From the human T2T-CHM13v2.0 reference genome, Homo sapiens, in assembly GCF_009914755.1 (NCBI RefSeq), contig NC_060929.1: a stretch of 64,000 bases of DNA; one strand, written 5' to 3'. This document shows, one piece after another, positions 13,863 to 29,450 of this stretch. A program made the translations under genes and the position numbers. The notes beneath the pieces are model-generated. The model was not told the origin of the DNA. It saw only the letters and a program-made list of their open reading frames with translations, and ran no database searches. The stretch's first letter is position 1. Each line of letters opens with the position of its first letter.

Positions 13863-14179
13863 GCAAAGCAATTTGCATGCTCAGCCTTGGCACTGGTTGG
13901 AAGGAGGGACTGCCAGTGAGAATTTGAACCATAAACCAGTACACATGTAGGCTTGTAATCTGAATTCACACAAATGGTATCATCCTAAAGAGCTCAAGCA
14001 GAAAATGTAATTAAAGTGAGGTTAGTATTGCCCCTAGTGACTGGCAGAAGCATATGCAAATCCTCTATGGAAGAACTCAACTTCAATTCAGGCAGACAAC
14101 TTAGTATCTCAATTAAAAAGATGTGATAATGTGAAAAATAGGTGTTACAGAATTGATGACTACAATGTATCTCCCATCC

Positions 14180-14875
<696 letters not shown>

Positions 14876-15267
14876 GGACATAAAGATTATTAAGACATGT
14901 TTGTCCTCAAAAAATGGAGAGCCACCCCAGGGACAGTTTCTATTCAATGTAGGGAGGGCTATAATAGATGAATATACAAAGTGGGAGTCTAGGGAGAAAT
15001 CGTCTGGTAGAGGAGGGCAAAGAGAAATCTAGGAAGATGTTTTTAAAAATATGGAATCCTTGAACAGGACCTGGTTTTAAAGGTTTACTTCAGAATTGAA
15101 CATATTTTTTTAGTCTAGACCTTTAGGGGAAAAACTTAAAGCTTTCAGGACTCAAAGACAAGTTACTGTTCCCATGGCTAAATTGCATTCCATATTTATT
15201 TGACAAATACTTATTGCAGGTCGGGTACTGTTTTAGCCACTGGAGATGCAGTAAGAAACTTAATTAA

Positions 15268-15607
<340 letters not shown>

Positions 15608-16312
15608 TAGTTGTGGAAACCGACACTAAACAAATAGACATTTCAGTGGTAAGTGTTACAAAGGAAAGAGACAACAGCATAAGGGAATGGAACATGAAGG
15701 TAGGGGACACTTTTAGAATAAGATGATCCGAGAAGGCTCCTCTGAGGAAGTGACATTTAACCTGAAACCTTAATGATACGAAGGATCAAAACTATTTTAA
15801 AAATTCGGAAGTGGAGGTGGGGGAGAGAAGTTCTAGGCAAAGGGAGGAAATAGAAGCTGATGGCTCTCCACCAGGAAACAGTGGATGAAGAATGGAGAAG
15901 AATTGTAGGGCCCAAGATCAGAGAGATGAGTAGGGCCAGATCATGTGGGCAAGCTTTTATGTATTAGCACGCTTAGAATTAATATTCTGCTTGAGAACTA
16001 ACCTGATATTTGAAACAGAGTGAAAAAGAAAATACCTCCCACAGTATACTTCATAGCTTCTTATTTAGCCCAAGCTGTCAGGGAAATAAAGTCCAGCTAT
16101 GGCTAAGTTTCACATAATGCACTGCTTTGGAGTTTTTGTCTCATCTGTTAGAGTAAGATAAGTACCACATACTATTATAAGGCTATATAGCATAAAATGA
16201 TGATGCATTTTCTCCTGTCATTGATAAGAGGATTTTTTTAAAAGTAAATTTCTTGGTTTAGAATTTGAAAGCAGTTTCAAACTTGGATAACACAATTCAG
16301 ATCTTTTTTTAA

Positions 16313-16627
<315 letters not shown>

Positions 16628-17662
16628 TGATTTTTAGAATTTTACTTGTAAACATGCTACATATACATATAATTTGGTGCCCTGTTTTTCCATTTACATA
16701 TTATACTTTCCATATTAGTACATTGTCTGATATTTCTGCATAATACTCAATTCAACTTACCTGCTATTGTTTTTATCATATCTCTATTACAAACATTAGG
16801 CCCATTTCCCTTTTTTAAAAGAGGAAAGTTTGAGGTTATGGGCGGTGTTCTGATAAAATAAATAATATTTTGTCATGTTTGTTTTTTCATTGATTAGGAA
16901 ACATTGTTTTGAATTTAATGCCTCAAATTTGGTGCACAATAATTTGAAGGGAAAAACTGACAAGTTTGAAATGAACATTGATATTACATAATTTACATTA
17001 AAATGATACATCTTTTGTAAATTTGTAAGAAGAATAAATAAATGAAAACCTGATTACCTTTCTTATTTGAAGTTTATTTGGGGGGTCAGAATTTGACTTG
17101 CTTCTGTATTATTTCACTTTTCAAAAGAATCCGCCAGGAAAGATTAAAATTCATGGTCTTCAAATGAGAAATCAAGTCTTACTTTATTCAAAAGAAAATG
17201 TTGGAAGCCCATTTAGAAATGATTTAATATTGAAGTTCCTATAGTGTTAGTTATAAATTCAACCTTGACATTTCTCAAAATTATACAAAGAAGTGGTAGA
17301 GTAGAGCTGGGAGTTCATTGGGGCTTGTAGATTTTGCAGGAATTTTTTTTTTTAATGTGTTAAAACAAATTTTATTTACAATAACAGGCAGCAGCGGGAT
17401 TTGGCCTGGGGATGGAGCAAAGTGACCCCCTGCTGTAGAGCAAGGTGAGTGAGTCACGCCCTTGACAACACATTCTTAGAAGTCATGCTCGTTAGGGGCA
17501 AGTTCTGTTTCTTCCACCAACGTCTTCAAGCCTCAGAATCCTTTTCTATCAAACGGGGCTAATAATAGAATACACCATACCTCAGAATTAAGTGAGGCTG
17601 TGCAAAAGGTGCTTAATTCTGTGCCTGAAATGTAGCAACAGACAATAAATCCATCTAACAAC

Positions 17663-17722
17663 AAATTCTTATGAAGAAGGTATTACAATAAATTCTTATG
17701 AAGAAGTTATTACAATAAATTC
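17663..17722. repeat. 27-bp tandem duplication (2.2 copies)
   Basis: aaattcttatgaagaag(g/t)tattacaat x2 then aaattc. Confidence 0.9.
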
Positions 17723-17901
17723 AGTGACAAGCAATGATGGCAATGGAAATAAAAATGGAGAAGCAGATGTAATTAAGAGATTTGAGAAGTAAAATTGGCA
17801 GTTCCTGGTGACTAAAGCATGTGTTAATGATAGTGATAGTGATATCCTTGGACCATTAGTTGTTCAGCTTTGAATACCCTCCCCAATTTCTCTGCTTATT
17901 C

Positions 17902-18414
17902 TTTTTTTTTTTTTTTTTAGTATTTATTGATCATTCTTGGGTGTTTCTCGGAGAGGGGGATGTGGCAGGGTCATAGGATAATAGTGGAGAGAAGATCAGC
18001 AGATAAACACGTGAACAAAGGTCTCTGGTTTTCCTAGGCAGAGGTCCCTGCGGCCTTCCGCAGTGTTTGTGTCCCTGGGTACTTGAGATTAGGGAGTGGT
18101 GATGACTTAACGAGCATGCTGCCTTCAAGCATCTGTTTAACAAAGCACATCTTGCAGCGCCCTTAATCCACTTAACCCTGAGTTGACACAGCACATGTTG
18201 CAGAGAGAACGGGGTTGGGGGTAAGGTTATAGATTAACAGCATCCCAAGGCGGAAGAATTTTTCTTAGTACAGAACAATATGGAGTCTCCTATTTCTACT
18301 TCTTTCTACACAGACACGGTAACAATCTGATCTCTCTCTCTTTTCCCCACATTTCCCCCTTTTCTATTCGACAAAACCGCCATTGTCATCATGGCCCGTT
18401 CTCGATGGTCGCTG
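17902..18414 (-). mobile_element. 5'-truncated SVA (SVA_A-like): SINE-R region plus poly-A only
   Basis: poly-T, tatttattgatcattcttggg; LTR5-like sequence lacking an internal block (aaaggtctctggttttcctagg junction); then env-derived ccgccattgtcatcatggcccgttctcgatggtcgctg. Confidence 0.9.
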
Positions 18415-18439
18415 GATGTTTTATTTTCCAGAGAACCAA

Positions 18440-19181
<742 letters not shown>

Positions 19182-19381
19182 TAAGAGTTTCATGTGCTCT
19201 TATCTCCTATATCGTGACTCATGCTCCGATTTATTGTCTGACTTTAAATAAGTCAGTCACTTAATCTTTCTGCACTTAAGTTTTTAAAGCATGGAGTGGA
19301 TCATCTATGCCTTGGGAATAATGTGTAGCATAAACTGAGGCAGCTGTTAAGCAGTTCGAAAGCTGAAAGCGATTTAAGTCT

Positions 19382-19429
19382 GCCCCCGCCCCCCCCCGCC
19401 CTCCGCCCCGCCCCCGCCCTCCGCCCCGC
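19382..19429. repeat. C-rich GC-box array (CCGCCC x6; G-quadruplex-capable on the - strand)
   Basis: gcccccgcccccccccgccctccgccccgcccccgccctccgccccgc. Confidence 0.8.
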
Positions 19430-19432
19430 GTG

Positions 19433-19530
19433 TAGGGTCTTGTTGCTCTGTTGCACAGGCTGGAAGGCAGTAGTGCAATCACAGACCTCCTCAGGCTCAG
19501 GTGATCCTCCCACCTCAGCCTTCCCAGTAC
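19433..19530 (-). mobile_element. Alu fragment, antisense
   Basis: agggtcttgttgctctgttgcacaggctgga...gatcctcccacctcagcc. Confidence 0.75.
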
Positions 19531-20915
19531 TCAAGCCTCTTAACGGGGCACACCATCCAAGCCTACTGGCTGGGACGGCCTTATTTCCTAAACCAGGCTT
19601 GGAAGCTATACACCAATTCATCAATATAGTGTTCATTCAGTCATTCTAGAACTATTTTCAAGGGCTTAACTATTTGCTAGGCATGTTCTAGATGTAGGGT
19701 TGGAGAGAACAAGACAACCCCTGTTCTGGTGGAACATTCTGTTGTGGTGGAGGGGTGATAGACAATAAAATAAGTACGCAAATAAATGAATAAGATAATT
19801 TAAGGTAAGTGCAGTGAAGGCCATGAGACAGGGTAATGTGGTTGGAGTCAGGCTGCCTGGGACAATTCTATAACTTACAAAGCATGAGCAAGTGGTATAA
19901 CTTTTGAAGATCTCAGTTTCCTCATCTGTAAAATGGAGGAATCATGCCTACATCAACAGATTATTTGTTTTATATAAACCCTAGGGCATTCTAATAGTTG
20001 GAGATCAAGCAAAGGAAAAAGAGCCAGTAGAAAAGACTAGAAAGCGAAAGTTGGTTTACCAGACCTCTAGAGAAGAACATGTTACATGGAGTGTGTGTTC
20101 CTCTGTGTCAAAGTTGCCAAGAGCTCAATGCACATGACGGAGGTATGATGACTGGGTTTTGGCAAGGCGGAGTGACCTCAACAAGAGCAGTTTCAGTAGA
20201 GGGGTGGGAAAGATGTCTGATTAGCATGGGTTGAGACAAGACTGTGAGATGAAGAAATGGAGACAGCAATTATAGAATACTTAAGTTTGGGGTAATGGAA
20301 AGTTGAAAAATGCAGCAGCAGTTGGAAAGGAAGCTGGGGTCAAGGGAGGGTTTTTTATGCATAGGGTATTATGGCATCTCAGTATTTTTTGAGGGGAGTG
20401 ATCCACTGGAGAGAGATTAAGTGATCTAGAGGAAAGAAGAGATAATTTCCAGGAGATTGACATATGAAACACTTGAAAAGATAAAAGGGGATGGGATCCA
20501 GAGCCCAAGTGTAGAGGTTGGCCTTTCCTAGGTACAGGGATGCTTCATCCTGCATATATAAATGAAGGTAGGTTGGTAGACTCACCTAGGTGGGAAGATG
20601 TGGGAATTCGTGTCCTATTACTTCTGTTTTCACTATGAGGCAACGGTATTAACTGAGAATTAGGTGATGGTAGTGGGAGGAAGTAAATTACGTAGATTAG
20701 TAAATTCAGATATTTGAGGAGAAAGGAAAGGATATGACATGTTGAAGAAGGGAAGACTAGGGAAATGTAGAGGCTAGCTAGTCGTGCTGAGATTAGTGGG
20801 GAAGAATTTAAGAGACCTGTTAGCATGTGTATCAGTCAGGACAAAGTAAGCTTTTCCTGCAGCAATAAATGACTCCTACATCTGAGTGACTGGACTTAAA
20901 AACGATCTATTTCTG

Positions 20916-21035
20916 ACTGGGTGTGGTGGCTCACACCTATAATCCCAGCATTTTGGGAGGCCAGGTGAGAGGATCACTTGAGACCAGGAATTCAAGACCA
21001 GCCTGGACCACGTAACGAGACCCTGTCTTTACATT
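20916..21035 (+). mobile_element. Alu monomer (FLAM-like)
   Basis: single left-arm monomer. Confidence 0.8.
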
Positions 21036-21124
21036 TAAAAGAAAGATATATTTCTTGTTCGTGTAGCATGTCCAAAATAAGTTGGCGAGGGTCTCTCATC
21101 TTCTTAGTCTCTCAGGAACCCAGG

Positions 21125-21608
21125 TGTCAAGGATCATAAAGGGGTTGAGATTTTACCCTACTTGTAATCTCACAAGTTAGCTTGCTAGGTGATAGAGATG
21201 CTGGCAGAAGACACTTCTGGATCAGAGTTGATGAATTTCATTACTCATAGCAGTAGCAGTAGCCAGAGTGTTAGCATTTGTGTCAGTTCTCCAAGCCCCA
21301 ATTCCCACAGGGAGATATAAAGATGCCAAATGACACCTGCACACACAGTGGGTTGTGTTACAGAAAAATCCTGCGCTTAGGGAACCCAAATCTTTTGTAA
21401 TAGTCAGTAAGCATGCCTTACCATTGCTTTCTTCCAAGGCTGCAAGCAAACCTGCCCTTTGCTCCAGAGGAAGATATTATCTCTGTCTGTCAAGGCTTTT
21501 CACTATACAAACATCCTTGAAAAGGTAGTAAAGAGCAAAGCCAGTCAGTGCTTTTGCTTGTAAGATGTGCAGAAATGTGAGAGACCCAGGGAGAATTGTG
21601 TCCCAATA
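21125..21608 (-). mobile_element. ERV1 LTR (MER67-like) nested in an old MaLR
   Basis: gagattttaccctacttg...gatgtgcagaaatgtgagagaccc..ggagaattg resembles recalled consensus. Confidence 0.45.
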
Positions 21609-22547
21609 CCAAGTTGATGGAGGTACCACCATCTTGTAACCCCTTCATTTAAACACATGGCTTCCAGTGTTGATAAGGCAGGGAAAAGAGACCTAGAGGG
21701 TGACACAGGCTTTTCACTGACTCAGCCCCAAAGTGACATGCCATCACTTGTGCTTTCAGTCCATTGGATACACCTCAACTATCCAGGCTGGGTTATGGGC
21801 TTACACATGTGACCAGGTAGAAGAGAAGAAGCAGATATTGATGAACACTAGCAATGTCTACTACAGTATGGCTGTGTGTTTTTCTCCAGTACCATTTAGC
21901 TGTTCAGGTACAGAAACAAAGCAAGTAGCAGTTGGATTTAATCTCAGAATTAGGATTCTGACCAACTAGTCTAATGGAGGAAAAGAATGGTGAGGGAGGT
22001 AAGTGTTTGCATAGAAGTGATTTCATAGGTGGACCATGTGCTATGGTCTGAATGTGCAAAATAAATTTCTGTTTTTTTAAAATTACTTAGTGTCAGGTAT
22101 TTTGTTATGGCAGCAAAAACAGACTGGCACCATGGAATCTAAACATGGTAAGGAGGGAAGTAAGGACATAGAGATGAAGAATATGAAAAAGGGCTAGAAC
22201 TGTGGACTGGAGGACTTCATAAGGTTGCAGAATTTCTGGACTTGGAGAACTAGAGCAGCTGAGCTGAATGGATGAGAAGTTGTGGTCAAAGAATAGGATT
22301 CTGGAAGTCAAGATTTCAGAGGTAGTGCAGTTTGAGGGATGATTAGTTCAGGAATGTGTCTCTGAAATTTGATGGCTAAGGTCAGATCTGGGGAAGATTA
22401 TTAGAGGTGACAGAGTCAGGGAACTAAGAGGCCAAGGTGTTGGATTAATCATCTGTGAGGAGGTTGAAGTCACCTAGAATGGTGACAAGAGTAGGGGTAG
22501 GAACGAAGAGAAGGATCCAGGTAATAGAAAGAATGAACATGTGAATC

Positions 22548-22736
22548 TGCATGAGTCTACTCAGGCTGCCACGACAAAGTACAGCAGACTGGATGGCTCA
22601 AACCACAGACAATTATTTTCTCACAGTTCTGGAGGCTACAAGTCCAACATCAAGATGTTGGAAAAGTTCAATTCTTCTTAGGCCTCTCTCCTTGGCTTAT
22701 AGATGGCCACCTTCTCCCTGCCTTCACCTGGTCTTC

Positions 22737-22779
<43 letters not shown>

Positions 22780-22958
22780 TAATCTCTCTTCTTATAGGGA
22801 CACCAATCATTATCAGATTGGAGCCCATTTATATGACCTCATTTTACCTTAATTACCTCTTTAAAGGCCCTATCTCCAAATATAGTCAACATTCTGAGGT
22901 ACTTGGGGTTAGGACTTCAACATAGGAATTTTGGAGGGACACAATTCAGCCCATAACA
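22548..22958 (-). mobile_element. MLT1B-like MaLR LTR containing (TG)n at 22739-22777
   Basis: ttttctcacagttctggaggct...gggacacaattcagcccataaca. Confidence 0.8.
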
Positions 22959-23759
22959 ATATTTCCCAAGAAGATACTCCTTGGTTGGTCCTTGATTGGA
23001 CTTGGCAGTATCCTGAAAGGTCTTTGCTTCGGCAAAAACTTGGGGAACATTGAATGTTATGATGGTACCATTTAAAAAACAAGGAAACCCTTAGGAAACT
23101 AATCCACAACACATCTACAGAAACCTCTCTTACGGTCCTTTCTGTTTGGAGATGGTATGTTATTGACTCCTACTTAACCTCAATTCTGGTCTTACCCCTT
23201 ATGTTGGGCTGTCCTCTGAGAGCCCTCTACTCCCCTACATAACAAAAAACTCAATAAACCCTGGAATCTTCTCTGTGATAGTTAATAAAGCCTACCATAT
23301 GAATGTGTATATGTGTGTGAAATGTGATGTTTATAGTAGATGTCAATCTACTTCTATGTGTTTTTATATAAATGAGAATAAAACATTTTAATCCCCTTTA
23401 ACTTTGTGTCTGTATGTATGATGGGCTGCATTTTGAAATCTTCATGCAGGCCTGGCCTCGGTATAGAGTTCTGAAGACAACAGTTTTATCTCTGTAAGCT
23501 GTAGGAGCATTTGGACTCCTCCCTGCCTAATCTTGTACAAGGTTTTTTACAAACAATGCCCCCTGGGAAGTCTATGGCCGCCTTCTGACCTTCTAAGCCA
23601 GATACCAGGTTACTGACTTCAGGGTGGTCCTCATGAATAATGTTTTGTTTGGGGCCAGGAACATTTTTAAGGATGTGAAAGCGCTTGCAGCATGAGGAGA
23701 AAATGAAATCTTGATACTACAGTTTTGTAAGATATTGAAGCGAAGTTCCCATGTCTTAA

Positions 23760-24008
<249 letters not shown>

Positions 24009-25759
24009 TGACTTCTCCAGTAATGGCTTGGATTTACACAGGACATCTGAAATAATAATAAAAATAAAAATCATGGTGCTGGCTGAGATAAGGGAGAGCT
24101 GCTTTGTTGGTAATCCCGGGGTGTTTAAGCTAAAAGGTGGAGTCAAACAGTGGAAGAGGCTCTGGGTGTTTTAATTCCTCTTCCAAGAAGGGGAGTGCAC
24201 AGAATCTTCATGCCTATCTGTTCAAAGTCTGTGGGTGGGCAGTAAAGCCAGCTGTCAGGGTTGCAGGCCCGGACTTGGTCCTGGATTGTCGCCTGTGGAT
24301 CAGTTTGGCCTCACACATTCTGGAAAGGCAGAACATTTTTTTGCTATACAATCTGGGTTGTTTTCTTGCCAATGATGTCCTTTGTGGTTCTGTTTTTCCA
24401 AATTTAAAAATCTAAAGAGGCGTGTGGATTTTCATTATACTGGTTTTGAAATGTAGTGCGTCTCCCTCTTGGGCAATGAGGCCTTATCTAAAACCTGGCT
24501 CTTACTTGTTCTTTAAGTGCCGGGTTTTAGCGGAGGGAAAGTCCACTGCCATAAATTTGGATTCTTTACTGCTTGCTTTTGTGAGGATTTCCTGATAGTC
24601 CTTTGAGGCCAGGTTTATCAAAGTGAAGGTTGGAGGCTGTGTCAATTGCTTAGGACAATTTGTGGAGTGGTTCAAGGTGGGTGTGGCAGAGGTGGATTTA
24701 ATGGTATACGAAGCATAAGCTTCAGGGCCCTTGCTTGTACAGGCCCCTTGTAAGGCACTGAGAGGGCTCTAGTAATATGTTCCTATGACTATATGATTTT
24801 GTAAAATCTGAAAAAATGTAAGGCATTTTAACTGCAATTATTTAAGCTTTCTGACTCTGGCTTTAAGGAAGACTCCCTAAATAGTCTAAACTCAGGTTTC
24901 ACAAAACCTGTGTCTGTCGCAGGCAGTAAGGTCCTAGAAACTGAAGCTGCAGAATCTGAAATCATGTCCCACGTGCAGTGGAAGAATGTTGTGCATGTGG
25001 CGGCAGTAGGGGGGTGGTGTGGCTTTGTGCTTATGTGTGGGGATGAGTGTGGGGATTGGTATGTCTGTGTATAATGTGTGTGTGTGATGTGTTATGGGTG
25101 TATATATAGTGCTCATGTTCCATAGATATCCTAGAATAGGAAAGCAGCAACATTTTGTAGCGTAACAATTTTAGGGACAAAAAGAAAAAAAAAGAAAGGA
25201 ATCAAGAAAGGAAGGAAAGGCAGAAAGGAGAAAGGATGGAAAAGAGGAAAAAGAAAAGAAATAAGCAAGTCTCTTTGAAGGGAATATTTGTATAGTTTCA
25301 AAAATATTTGTGGATAGATATCTTTGAAGATTATTATGACCGTGGAAGGTTAACTGTGGGAGTAAGTGAAGCAATAATCACTTTTCCAAGTAGCAGGAAA
25401 TAGATTCTCTAGTATACTATTCAAAACATTTAACATTTTTCCATATACAACTTTCTGTTATTTTAAACTTTTTCTTAATATTAAAGTACTTGGGAGAGAT
25501 ACTACAATCTGATATACTTTAACTTGCAGTGTGGCAAGTTATTATAAACTCCTAATGAATTGTATTATACTTTCTAATGACATCTGTTTACTGTTTACAG
25601 CAAATTGTTGACATGGTTACTTGTAGAGTTCCTTAAAACCAGTGATGATGGAGATTTTAAAAATATAAGTAATTTTATTGAATTATCTTGGGTGCAATTT
25701 TGGCTTACATCCTTATTCACAAGTAAAATTAATAGTGGAGCTTATAAGCCCATATTTGA

Positions 25760-26120
<361 letters not shown>

Positions 26121-26164
26121 TAACTCATGTTTTGTTGAACTTATTTTATCACTGGTTTAGCTAT

Positions 26165-26593
26165 TGTGAAAGTTTTCAGAATCAAAATGGAGTCACCGAT
26201 ATTAAGAAAACCTTGACAAATAGAGCTGGGGAAGGCCATGAATACAGGGTTCTCATGCTTGTATACCTGATAACAAAAACTACCACAAAAGACTGCAAAA
26301 CCCACAACCTTGCACAAACGCCATCACAACCTTACACAGAAAATATTCTGCAAGGACATCTGTGCAGCAACTGCCTAAGACTGGCGTCAGCTTGTTGTTG
26401 AACTTTGTAGCAAAGGATAATTATTTCAAAACAATTATATAATCCTCATTTTTTCCTTTAAAAACCTTTGTCTTCTTTTACTTCCCTAAATACACACATA
26501 GTTTTACTATGACATGCATATTCCCGTTGCAATGCTTTATTCCCAAATAAATATATTTTCTTTTGAGAGTATCTCTTATTATTTAGGTTGATG
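26165..26593 (+). mobile_element. ERV solo LTR (LTR47/MER72-like)
   Basis: TGTGAAAGTTTTCAGAATCAAAATGGAGTCAC start; aataaa near the end; ends tttaggttga. Confidence 0.55.
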
Positions 26594-27373
26594 CTACCAA
26601 GAAAATCAAATATTTAAATGGTTCTCATTTTTTTATTATTTATGTATAACAAAGAATAGTAAAGCCATGCCCAGACATCTTATTTGGGAGCAAAAGCAGT
26701 GTCTAGAATATGGGGAATATGACACATATCACTTCCGAGCATAACTTCCATTATCTGAAATGTATTAGACTGTCTCTGGGTATCCCAGGAGCATCATGTT
26801 GACTTTCCTTTGGAGCAAGATAGTCATAGCTTTCTTTCTCTGCCTTCTGTCTTTCTTTCCTTCCTCCTTTCTTCACTCCTTTTATCCCTTCCTCCCTTCC
26901 TTCTTCCTTTCAGAAGGAATTTATTTGCTTCAGTAAAATTTACAGTCCAAAAACTTAGAGAAGAACGAACACGAGTGGATTGAATATCTAGGAAAATTTC
27001 CGCTATGCATTATTAGTATATTCTAAGCAGAAAAATTTACCATTATTAATGATTGCATAAGGGGGGAATCCAACTTTTACTTTCTAAACAAAACCCATTA
27101 TATTGCTACAACATAATGCTACAATACAGTACAATATAAGCTGAAACAAGAATTTCATCTTGCGGCGTGTCCTTCAGTGGACTGCCAAATTCTCTGATGT
27201 TATCTCATAATGAAGGCAGAATTCGGCTGGACACAATTCTCATAACTTTCAAAGGTAAAGGCAAAGAGTGGAGCCAAACAATCAAAATAGAAACACTTGA
27301 TAGAAAAGTGTGGCCATTCAAGAAACAGGAAACCTAAAATCACTGAATAATGATCAGATGACTAAAAACATAA

Positions 27374-27499
<126 letters not shown>

Positions 27500-28539
27500 T
27501 GAGTAGAACAAGTTGGAGCATAACCAATGTACAGGGAGAATCTGATCATTCCAGTTAGACATCTTTTCTTCACATACACACAAAATATTTTAATTGGCAG
27601 TGTTCGTTTTGGAAAGGTCTCTTCATAGAGAATATACATATATGTGCTCTTTGAATTTGGGGACTAAATTGTTTCCCCTTTACCTATGGGACCTGGGTTT
27701 TTGCTTATTTTCTCATATTGACTTTATGGCCAATAGCATGCATTTGTAAAAGCAAGATCATTGTCCAGAGTATAATCTGGAATGTGGAAGACAGAAGCTA
27801 ACTGGCCCCAGAGACATCAAATATTGACTTTGCTCTATGAACTCTGATAATAAATAGGTGTATTAAACAGCTCAGGGGTAAGCCCAGGAGCACACACACA
27901 ACTTTATGCCATCACTTTCTCAGGCTCCATCGTCTCCATGATCAGCTCCCCTACATTTTCTAGCTCCTCACCCTCTTTTCCTGGTCCTCTGTCTGGAAAG
28001 CCAAGGCTGTGGTCTCCCCGCTCTGCTGTGTACTTCCCACAAATAGGTCTGCCTCCAGGACCAAGTAGGGGAGGGTAACAAGAGAACATTTGGATTCTCC
28101 CTCCACGCTGCTTTATGACCGCAGTTCCTCTGGTCAGAGAGAAAGATTCCCCTATGTCAGAGTTTAGGGTGCTTGCCCAGCCACTGCTGCTACCCCTACC
28201 ACTGTCAAGTTGTAGCTTTGGGAGTGGGGCTTGGCTTGGGGGAGGGGGCAGGGCCAGTAGAGAAAAATGAAGCAGAGAATTTCCCCTACCTTCTCTGTTC
28301 TATAGGAGCTCCCTTCTCCTCTTTAGACCAGAATGAGAGAGCTTCTCTTGGAAATCTTTCTGACTGTGCCCAGGGCACAGTTCCATGATTTGCACTGCCT
28401 TGAGTCCAAGTTGGAAGGTATGGAAGGAAAAGAAAAATCAGGAAAGTCACTGCAGGATTGTCCTTACTTTGAGTTCTGATTTTTTCCCCAATCCACCTGA
28501 TACCATTTACAGAGTCCTCAGCTGTTCCATGCATTCTTT

Positions 28540-28588
28540 TTTTTTTTAATTTTAATTTAAAATTTGTGTGGGTATATAGTAAGTGTAC
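28540..28588 (-). mobile_element. 49-bp L1 3'-end insertion with 16-bp TSD
   Basis: GTTCCATGCATTCTTT at 28524-28539 and 28589-28604 flanks poly-T plus the reverse of acacttactatatacccaca. Confidence 0.75.
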
Positions 28589-29302
28589 GTTCCATGCATT
28601 CTTTCCAGAGATTTTATTTGTTTTGGTGGCAGAGACAGAGTGGACTGTGCTTACTTCGTTTTAACAAAAACCATAACCCCAAATCTCTAACATACCAAAG
28701 TAGCGGGAATCATACAGCAAACACCTATGTATCCATTGCCCATATTAGATTGCATCTTTTCTTTTAAACAGAATATCTGAGGATTGCCATGTTTCTAATA
28801 TGTTAAATACAGGACTGGTTTGTGTCAGAGTGCAAATCAATTATTCCTGAAATGATGGAGAGATATTTCACCAACTTGTTCTCCTTGAGGTTTTTCTAAA
28901 CATCTATTTGTATTACCTTGTCTCTGAAGCATGACTATTTCTCTTAACTTTGCCTGAAGATTGAAATAATGTCAGGTGGGAAATATAGTAATTCCTGGTG
29001 TGTCTCTTTTTCCTGCTTTGAAGGTTTCACTAAGTTAAATATATTTATAACTAATTAAATCATCTACAGTGGCATTACTCTGTAACTAGTAAAATGTTTT
29101 TCATAATTCAACCAAGGTCATGTTTGACCCAATCTGGCAGCTTCTTTATCTGAATGGTGAGCCTTGAGTTTGACTTCTTCTAAGTTCTAACACCATTTGC
29201 AAAGAGCCAACAGTTGATCCCCTTCACCATCAATATTTATTCAGTGGCTGTTGTGCATATGTCTCAGTGTCAACTACTGAGGATTCAATTAGACAGAAGT
29301 CA

Positions 29303-29450
29303 TTGCTATTTAAAGTGTAGTCCCAGGACTTGAAGCATGCACATCACCTGCAAGCTTGTTAGAAATGCAGGATCTCAGGCCCCACCCCAGGCCTTAATCA
29401 GAATCTGCATTTTTAAAAAATTCCTAGGTGATTGTTTTTGGGAAGCACTG
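29303..29450. mobile_element. MER5A-like hAT MITE
   Basis: gcttgttagaaatgcag..tctcaggccccacccc...aatcagaatctgcatttt. Confidence 0.75.

Noticed and set aside
17663-17722. 27-bp repeat as a CRISPR-like array
   Set aside because: Only two adjacent copies with no spacers, in a mammalian context; a simple tandem duplication.
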